Shown here: positions 57,691-64,000 of the stretch, one piece after another | How the letters are laid out: each line of letters opens with the position of its first letter | Position numbering within the stretch: the stretch's first letter is position 1 | NCBI GenBank assembly: GCA_965263355.1 | Contig: CBDHHL010000014.1 | Coordinates: 38,312 to 102,311, forward strand | Reading direction: 5' to 3' | From: Leptolyngbyaceae cyanobacterium | GTDB taxonomy: Bacteria; Cyanobacteriota; Cyanobacteriia; Phormidesmidales; Phormidesmidaceae | DNA: 64,000 nucleotides | Translations under genes and position numbers: made by a program | Notes under the pieces: generated by a model | Database searches by the model: none | The model's input: the letters and a program-made list of their open reading frames with translations, nothing else | What the model was told of the DNA's origin: nothing

Positions 57691-58179
57691 ATGAACAAGC
57701 CAGATTTAATTGTTTGCATCCCTGACATGGATCGCGTTCCTGACGAGCATTACAACGAAGCTCAGGACATGACTTGTATTTTAGTAGACTACAGCGGCAA
57801 TTCAAAAATTAAAAACGGACGACGCATGGGGACTGAAAAGAAAATAGACCCTGACAGCGCAGATCCTAGATTTCCCGGCGCAGTTACTCATCAACGTTTG
57901 GGGCCATGGCTAATTGATGATGAGTATGAAGAATACATTCCTGATATTCCTATGGTCAATGATGACTATGTAGAATATATTCCTGCTATTCCTACTCACG
58001 CATACAATGCAGTCTATACGTTTAAGTTTAGCTATGCCCCATTGCCAGATGAAGAAAACCCATGGGTAGAAATTGAGCGGACGCAAGACTTTAGCAATCT
58101 TCCAAGGCAAGTTTTGCTTGATATGGGCCTAACAGAAGAACAAATTGATTCGGGCGTGTTAGAGCAATACAAACTTTAG
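57691..58179 (+). CDS. Hypothetical protein with an internal 14-aa duplication
   Basis: GGAGGAG RBS before ATG 57691; DEYEEYIPDIP and DDYVEYIPAIP. Confidence 0.6.
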   Translation: MNKPDLIVCIPDMDRVPDEHYNEAQDMTCILVDYSGNSKIKNGRRMGTEKKIDPDSADPRFPGAVTHQRLGPWLIDDEYEEYIPDIPMVNDDYVEYIPAIPTHAYNAVYTFKFSYAPLPDEENPWVEIERTQDFSNLPRQVLLDMGLTEEQIDSGVLEQYKL

Positions 58180-58198
58180 GGCTTAGCGGACATAAAAC

Positions 58199-58243
58199 AA
58201 AAAAACTCGCTAACCTTTTCTTGATTAGCGAGGTTTTTTGTTT
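58199..58243. terminator. Bidirectional terminator
   Basis: A run, CTCGCTAA...TTAGCGAG stem and T run between convergent genes. Confidence 0.7.
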
Positions 58244-58503
58244 TATGCTGCCTTAACTTTACGTTCAGCGCGAATTTCTTTTTTATATCGCTTACAAAAT
58301 GCCCCGTTAAACTTACGAAGAGAGTTAAATGCATTGCCATAAGCGATTTTAGCTTCCTGCCAACCGACCATGGCCTTTGTAGATGCAGGTGTTAACCCAT
58401 TGGCTTCTCTTGGATATTCGTTAAGTTTTTTGCTAGCTGCTTTTACTTGTTCCTCTAGAACGTTTTTAGCGGTTTTGTCAATGCAATAGTTGCCAGTTAA
58501 CAT
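58243..58503 (-). CDS. Hypothetical basic phage protein
   Basis: 86 aa with a NGLTP motif; has its own promoter repeat. Confidence 0.6.
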   Translation of the reverse strand: MLTGNYCIDKTAKNVLEEQVKAASKKLNEYPREANGLTPASTKAMVGWQEAKIAYGNAFNSLRKFNGAFCKRYKKEIRAERKVKAA

Positions 58504-58569
58504 AATCTTTTTCTCTCGCTTGCTACTCTTCTAATATACCCTCACCCTTTGTCACATGTCTAGGGAGTG

Positions 58570-58794
58570 TCATTCATCCGTACGTTTTGCTGCCCTACTT
58601 TTCCGCTGTCTAAGGGCCGCCGGTGACGGGTCATCGACTGGGGGCCTACCGCCTACGGTTTTTCCTGGAGTATGGCAGCGCTTGCAGACGGTGCATTTAT
58701 ATTGCTGTCTGCCTGATTTCAGAAGTTTGTTTTTTTGGGCCTTTCCCTTACAATGTGGGCACTGTGGGTTAAGCGTTTTTGGTATTGGTGGCAT
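58570..58794 (-). CDS. Zinc-ribbon DNA-binding protein (InsA-N-like)
   Basis: CPHC...SGRQQYKC..C followed by GRPP and RQRKSR. Confidence 0.65.
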   Translation of the reverse strand: MPPIPKTLNPQCPHCKGKAQKNKLLKSGRQQYKCTVCKRCHTPGKTVGGRPPVDDPSPAALRQRKSRAAKRTDE

Positions 58795-58811
58795 GATGTT
58801 AAAATATTGAG

Positions 58812-59018
58812 ATGCAAGAAAAAACTACTAATCGTCTAAAAGCCATATTCTTTTTCTTTGGCGAACCAGAAATAGTGGAAAGGGATCATGGCCTAACACT
58901 TAATGGAGTAAGGCTTAACTGGAAGCTAGGGGTATGGGATTTTGAAATAGATATTGATTCTTGCGGGAGAATTGAGAGCTTCATGATTGATAGGCTAGAA
59001 GCTCTCAATTGCGACTAA
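58812..59018 (+). CDS. Hypothetical protein
   Basis: 68-aa ORF. Confidence 0.4.
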   Translation: MQEKTTNRLKAIFFFFGEPEIVERDHGLTLNGVRLNWKLGVWDFEIDIDSCGRIESFMIDRLEALNCD

Positions 59019-59389
59019 CAAGCCCAAGCAAAAGAGCCGTCTTCATATTTAATAACGTGATGCTGCTTTTTCCCGCGTGGGGACTTTATTGTGATTCGCT
59101 GACGTGTTGCGCCGTTCACTTCAAAGGTTGATCGGGAAACTTCATCAAAAGCCTTTAGTCGATCAGATGCTAGCCTGTCAAGGGAAAGGTATGTCCCGAT
59201 TGTTTTAGTGGGGTTGGCTATCTCTTGTTTAACAAGCTCAGCCGCTTTATCCATGAATTTGGCGTTAGCAGCAAAATAGCCCTTAACGATATCTTCCATG
59301 GGAGTAGTCTCGATGTCGATTTCGTTGTACTCAATGAATGCTGCAATTTTCTGAGCTAGTTCGTTTTGTACTGCGGTGTCGTTAGTCAT
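59015..59389 (-). CDS. Hypothetical protein
   Basis: 124 aa downstream of the 45-bp repeat. Confidence 0.6.
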   Translation of the reverse strand: MTNDTAVQNELAQKIAAFIEYNEIDIETTPMEDIVKGYFAANAKFMDKAAELVKQEIANPTKTIGTYLSLDRLASDRLKAFDEVSRSTFEVNGATRQRITIKSPRGKKQHHVIKYEDGSFAWAC

Positions 59390-59603
59390 TTATTTTTCTC
59401 TCTCTCGCTTGCTACTCTTCTAATATACCCTCACCCTTTGTCACAATACAACCCCCTGTCATTTATCCGTACATTGGGCATGACTACCTGGAAAATTTTT
59501 TGTTAGTAATTTCTTTTGCCAAAAATGACCGCAACTGAAAACCTTTGTCTATTGCTGTCAGCATTGGAAGCTTGATACAATGCTGTCAGCACCCTAACAG
59601 TCC

Positions 59604-61178
59604 ATGGTCGCACCAAGCCTAAGTCTAACCCAGTTCTATCCCACATTTACAGGTCGCACCCTGGCCAATACGATCAGGACTGATTTAGTGACGACGGGTT
59701 TTGATGTTTCGAATGATGGGGCTCGCATCGCGGGCACTGCGACCAATGGGAATAGCAATTATATTGAACTTTTATTAGACAATCCCATTAATGCAACGGG
59801 CATAATTTTCAAAGTCTTTATGCAAACGGCCTATCGGACCCAAAATATTCAGCTAGGGCTAGGGTCTGGGCCAGATATCTATCAGTTATGGCAAACGCCA
59901 ACGGACCCTAGGATCTTTTTTCGTCTGCATGACCTGTTAATTGATGTAAGACAGCCCCCTGTATACCCAGCTGTAGGGGCGTTTAATATTACAGCCGTTG
60001 ATAGAATCCGGTTGAATTTTGACGCAATCTCATCTGCGACTAACGCCAACTTGATCCGTTTTGAAGGCATCCCTTATTACTTTGACGGAGATACGGAAGG
60101 CGTTCAGTTGATTGATGGCGACATTGGAAACCCGCTTAGTTTTGCTGCACTATATACGGCGTTAGAAGCGTATAACGTGTTTGCGATCGCGTCACGAATC
60201 ACCCCGCTTAACACGTTTCTAGGCACTAACAGTATGCAGTTTGTCGCGCCTGTGACGATGGGCAACGCCGGAACAACTGCAGTAAGTCAAAACCCGTCTA
60301 CGCTTATATTTTCAAGCACGCCAAACAACGCGAATAACAACAATATAGACAACAGCACGAACCTGGTTGAGTCGGCATTTAGGGCTAGGTTTTCAGGGCT
60401 AACGGCACCTGACAGAACATTTCAAAACCTAAATATGCCGTTTTTATGGGCAGATGAGGGGGGCGGGAATACATGGCCCAGATTGGTTTTGATTGGCCCA
60501 TCTACTGTCAACCTGGGGACTAGTGATTATCAAGGCGCTCGAATCCAGGCGGGAAGCGGGTTGACCAGTGGAGGAAATAATATTGTGATTGAATGGTTGA
60601 ACTCAACAGCACCAACCGTTTACGAGTGGAACGGCACTGCCAACCTAGCTGGCTCGACGTTCAATAGTCCAGCCAGCACTTATTACATAGATATCCCAGC
60701 TAGTTTAGGGACAGTGACCCTGGATGTAAGCGATGTTAATTTTACGACAAGACCCACGGGCGATCGTGTTTTCAGGGCAGCGCCTGGAGTTGGGGAGACG
60801 GTAACGATCCGGGCTGCTGCTAGTGCTGCGTTTACTGTGGCTGCGAATGTGCAGAATGATGGGGCGGGCACTGTTGAAATTCTTGCGCCACAAGTTACTT
60901 TAACTATTCAGGGTATTCCTGCAGGGGGGATTTTTACAATCTGGGATGACGAAGATCCCGACCCGCAAGATCTGGGGACATTGTTGCAAGAGACTAGTCC
61001 TACTACAGGGGCCGATATTACTTATATTGGCAGTAGTGGAAATGCTTTGATTTTACAGTTTGTTCCTAACACTGGGGATAGCGCACAATATCAAGAATTT
61101 AATTTTCCGTTTACGTTCCCAGCTGCATCACAAAATTTAGACCTGTCAACACAATTAGAACTGGAGAATAGTTTGTAA
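59604..61178 (+). CDS. Putative virion structural protein
   Basis: N/T/G-rich beta protein; first gene of a coupled operon. Confidence 0.55.
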   Translation: MVAPSLSLTQFYPTFTGRTLANTIRTDLVTTGFDVSNDGARIAGTATNGNSNYIELLLDNPINATGIIFKVFMQTAYRTQNIQLGLGSGPDIYQLWQTPTDPRIFFRLHDLLIDVRQPPVYPAVGAFNITAVDRIRLNFDAISSATNANLIRFEGIPYYFDGDTEGVQLIDGDIGNPLSFAALYTALEAYNVFAIASRITPLNTFLGTNSMQFVAPVTMGNAGTTAVSQNPSTLIFSSTPNNANNNNIDNSTNLVESAFRARFSGLTAPDRTFQNLNMPFLWADEGGGNTWPRLVLIGPSTVNLGTSDYQGARIQAGSGLTSGGNNIVIEWLNSTAPTVYEWNGTANLAGSTFNSPASTYYIDIPASLGTVTLDVSDVNFTTRPTGDRVFRAAPGVGETVTIRAAASAAFTVAANVQNDGAGTVEILAPQVTLTIQGIPAGGIFTIWDDEDPDPQDLGTLLQETSPTTGADITYIGSSGNALILQFVPNTGDSAQYQEFNFPFTFPAASQNLDLSTQLELENSL

Positions 61179-62698
61179 TGGCACCCCCTCAGCTGATTAC
61201 TTTAGCAAATCAAGCCACTTTATTAGTTGAGTCTAGCCAAGGACGGGCGGGCGCTCCAGACGGGAATATCTTTTTTGATACAGCAAACGACAGAATTGAA
61301 ATTATCACTTTAGAGGAGCTAGCTAATGTCGATTTGGGTTCCGGTGCTGAGGCTAACCCATTAACCAATGACTTTGGAATTACATTGCAGGCACTCTATG
61401 CCTTTGAAAGGCGTAGCCGAAGAACAAATTTAGCGCTAAGAAATTTCTTGCCCGGTGTTGACGGCGTATTCCAAGATGCGGGTGCTTGGACATTTGAAGC
61501 CGGAATAAAATTAGCAGCCGATGCCAATAGTTCAACTGGTGACGATAGGACGAAAATTAGGAGTTCTGGTTGGAGGGAATTAGCAGCCAATGGCAGTATT
61601 GACCGCATTTACTTTGGCGCACGTTCACTAAACGACATTCAGCCGACATCGCAGCCATACATTCAAATTGCGGCAAGTACTTCAGAAGCCGATTTGCTAG
61701 CGGCTACACCCATCGATGCTGCAAGAACAGGCCCATTAGACCAGGCTTTCCAAACGTTTGGCTCTACTGCAAACGGTGATGCAGCAGCGGGTGATTTTGA
61801 CTTTACAACCAGTCGGATCTTTGTAGCCAGAGTGAGGACATTTGGCTTTACTCAGGGTGGCGCAACTAGTACTAGTTCAGGTGTTTCTCGCCTGCAAAGT
61901 TTCTCAGCTGGATTTGGTGTTGGTGAAAGTACAAGTCCGGTTAACGCCTTTACTGAGGCTGATGTATTTGGTGGCGCTGCTATTGCTCCATTCACTGGGA
62001 TGCTGTTTACCCGTAATGCAGCTCCAACAACTCAGACTGGATTTAACGAAGGTAATGGCGACTTTACCGATTCTCTTAGTAACTCTGGTGGAGGTTCGTT
62101 GTTACAAATCAGAGCACGCCTTGATGCTTTGATGCGGCAAGATACGGATATTGATCAGAATGGAAACGGGATTCTAGCAAAACGAATTGACCCGTTATAC
62201 ACAGTCGACGATCAAGGTCGATTGGTGACAAAGCAAGGGCTGTTTATTGAAAACATCCCTGCATCTGATCAACAGTCAGTTGTTTTTACAGCCGATGACG
62301 GCAGCACTCGAACCTATCCATTCACGGTCCAAGTCGATGTCTCTGTCTCCGATGCATGGCAAGCCGATCCAAATGCTTGGTACCGGTGCATGTTTGCTGA
62401 TGGTGCGGGGGCAAACGACTTTGATACTTCTAATGCTGTCATTGTTAATGATTCAGCAAACAATCCAGTAGAGGGCACATCAGCCGACGCGATCGGCGTA
62501 GCTGGTTCTTACTTAATCCGTTTCACATTTGACTATGACGGCAACACCCAGGCTGGTCTAGCCGCTGGAATTGATAAGGCGGTTGTATTCCTGGCTGAAG
62601 GGGACGGAGGGGCGCAAGCTGCTAATGCACAATTTACAATTGTGAGGCAGGCTGTTGTTACGGCACAGGCACTATCTGAAGTGGAAACTAACTTGTGA
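61178..62698 (+). CDS. Putative virion structural protein
   Basis: GITLQALYAF, IRSSGWRE and FTFDYDGNTQ motifs of the kind seen in phage structural genes. Confidence 0.55.
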   Translation: MAPPQLITLANQATLLVESSQGRAGAPDGNIFFDTANDRIEIITLEELANVDLGSGAEANPLTNDFGITLQALYAFERRSRRTNLALRNFLPGVDGVFQDAGAWTFEAGIKLAADANSSTGDDRTKIRSSGWRELAANGSIDRIYFGARSLNDIQPTSQPYIQIAASTSEADLLAATPIDAARTGPLDQAFQTFGSTANGDAAAGDFDFTTSRIFVARVRTFGFTQGGATSTSSGVSRLQSFSAGFGVGESTSPVNAFTEADVFGGAAIAPFTGMLFTRNAAPTTQTGFNEGNGDFTDSLSNSGGGSLLQIRARLDALMRQDTDIDQNGNGILAKRIDPLYTVDDQGRLVTKQGLFIENIPASDQQSVVFTADDGSTRTYPFTVQVDVSVSDAWQADPNAWYRCMFADGAGANDFDTSNAVIVNDSANNPVEGTSADAIGVAGSYLIRFTFDYDGNTQAGLAAGIDKAVVFLAEGDGGAQAANAQFTIVRQAVVTAQALSEVETNL

Positions 62699-63018
62699 TG
62701 AAAACTGTACTTAGACCCTATTCGATCACTATTGACTCAGTAAAGCCCGATAAACCACCACTGGTTTCTATCAAGTTACAGCAGCTTACGATGGCAGACG
62801 GTGAAATAAAAAGTATCTCAGGGAGTGAGAACGCTATTTATAAAAATGCCGAGGATTGCTTGGCTCAAACTCTAGAGTTCAAAGACCCTGTGACTGGAAT
62901 TGAAGGGCAAATCAGTGTAGCAGGTGTCGCTCAAATCGTGACTAAGCTTGCCGTTCAATGGTCGCAAGAAAAGTTAAACTCTCAAATAGACCCAGAAACA
63001 GGCTGGCTACTTGATTAA
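62695..63018 (+). CDS. Hypothetical phage protein
   Basis: DPVTG motif; GTGA overlap with the upstream gene. Confidence 0.55.
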   Translation: MMKTVLRPYSITIDSVKPDKPPLVSIKLQQLTMADGEIKSISGSENAIYKNAEDCLAQTLEFKDPVTGIEGQISVAGVAQIVTKLAVQWSQEKLNSQIDPETGWLLD

Positions 63019-63683
63019 TGCCGTTAATCGCATCAGAAGATTATCCTAATAAACTCATCTACCTGGGTGCTGATTCCGTAGGGGTGGAAGTGTTGCCGAT
63101 TGATATTTATAAAGAACATCGTGAGCGTAGACGATTAAATGCAAACGGGGAACGCAATTTCTTTCCTATGGTTGATGCGTTCGGCAATGACCAGATTGGG
63201 CCAACAAAATTCACCCCTCGGTTCGTCAATTTAGCCAATGGCGCAAGGATCGTACCGTTTGATACAACTCACACCTTAGTAATACGCGGGTCACTGGTTA
63301 GCACATCTGAAGGTATTGAGGGGCCAGAACTGTTTAATAAAGCTCCTATTTTATCTAGCGTCGATATTGACTATCAACCGCCACAGGTTGAAGTAATACA
63401 AGCCGGATCAGGTCTTGACGATACCGAGAGAGAACAACTAGCTAACCTTGCCAGCCTAATAGAGCTTGGCCCAAATGGCACTGATTATCAACTATCAGAG
63501 GTTGCCTTATGGCAGGTTATCAGGCAAATGATCGCTAACGAAGCCCGAAACCTAGCCCTAAACACATTCCAGAAAACAGTCCCAGCCACGGGCGGGCCAT
63601 ACCCTGAAGCAGCAGGCACCGTTGTTCTAAGTAAAACCGTTACAGGCGATATCGACGGTGATCAATTGGGGTTAACAGACTGA
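63018..63683 (+). CDS. Putative virion structural protein
   Basis: TAATG coupling; IDIYKE...F..L.NG.RI.P pattern. Confidence 0.5.
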   Translation: MPLIASEDYPNKLIYLGADSVGVEVLPIDIYKEHRERRRLNANGERNFFPMVDAFGNDQIGPTKFTPRFVNLANGARIVPFDTTHTLVIRGSLVSTSEGIEGPELFNKAPILSSVDIDYQPPQVEVIQAGSGLDDTEREQLANLASLIELGPNGTDYQLSEVALWQVIRQMIANEARNLALNTFQKTVPATGGPYPEAAGTVVLSKTVTGDIDGDQLGLTD

Positions 63684-63925
63684 TGCACAATTCTTTTTAC
63701 TGGCGACGTGGCGTCGAGACAACAACCCCTGGCACGGGCACGGGTGGCCCATGCTACGACTTAGCAGGCACTATAGAAACCCCTAGCACTGTGACGGGCA
63801 CGATCGCACAGAATATAATCAGAATGGAATTATCACCCGTCCCATTCACTGGACTAATTAACCTAGAACCAGCTGTGGGGACGGTTCCTGATGAAAACAC
63901 AATTACTGGTGAGGTGGGCTGCTGA
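63683..63925 (+). CDS. Hypothetical protein
   Basis: TGATG coupling; T/G-rich. Confidence 0.5.
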   Translation: MHNSFYWRRGVETTTPGTGTGGPCYDLAGTIETPSTVTGTIAQNIIRMELSPVPFTGLINLEPAVGTVPDENTITGEVGC

Positions 63926-64000
63926 TGACAATTACCTTAAACTATCCTAGTCCCCTCCAAGCCGGAAACAGCTGGACGTTCATGGTATTAATCACAGCAC

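Larger units (their letters stand above)
58512..59445. repeat. 45-bp perfect direct repeat (58512-58556 and 59401-59445), a duplicated promoter/leader
   Basis: TCTCTCGCTTGCTACTCTTCTAATATACCCTCACCCTTTGTCACA, each copy followed by TGTCATT(C/T)ATCCGTAC. Confidence 0.9.

Noticed and set aside
58570..58794. IS1 element
   Set aside because: Only an InsA-like zinc ribbon is present; there is no InsB/DDE domain and no terminal inverted repeats.
1..64000. tRNA, rRNA, integrase, DNA polymerase or tail sheath genes
   Set aside because: No recognisable sequence or motifs by eye; tRNAscan and HMM searches would be needed to exclude them fully.

Overview
This window is part of a temperate cyanobacterial siphovirus or prophage genome. 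About two dozen HIP1 octamers (GCGATCGC) point to a cyanobacterial host, and no integrase, replication or tail-sheath gene is recognisable here. Layout: accessory genes including an EEP nuclease and an O-antigen-ligase-like glycosyltransferase (1-7.9 kb); a minus-strand tail operon with tube, frameshifted chaperones and a 1490-aa tape measure (7.9-23.7 kb); small early genes with repeated promoters/operators (24-31 kb); a ParB-like plus radical SAM pair divergent from terS/terL, portal, scaffold and a P22-like capsid (31-41 kb); a long block of fibre/decoration genes (41-54 kb); and a second structural block (59.6-64 kb). The standout is a compact phage-borne type V-like CRISPR cassette at 54.1-56.6 kb. 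It comprises a 3-repeat mini-array with type I-D-like repeats, a leader carrying a 20-nt anti-repeat, divergent promoters, an RHH regulator and a 577-aa TnpB/Cas12-like nuclease with all RuvC catalytic residues present. Its leader-proximal spacer matches the adjacent beta-helix gene at 36/39 nt, with all mismatches at the predicted PAM-proximal end, suggesting it targets a rival allele (inter-phage competition or RNA-guided homing). Two other TnpB elements (a complete IS605-type and a TnpA-less IS607-like) each interrupt a phage gene that can be reconstructed in frame. Product names come from motif recognition only; no database searches were run.
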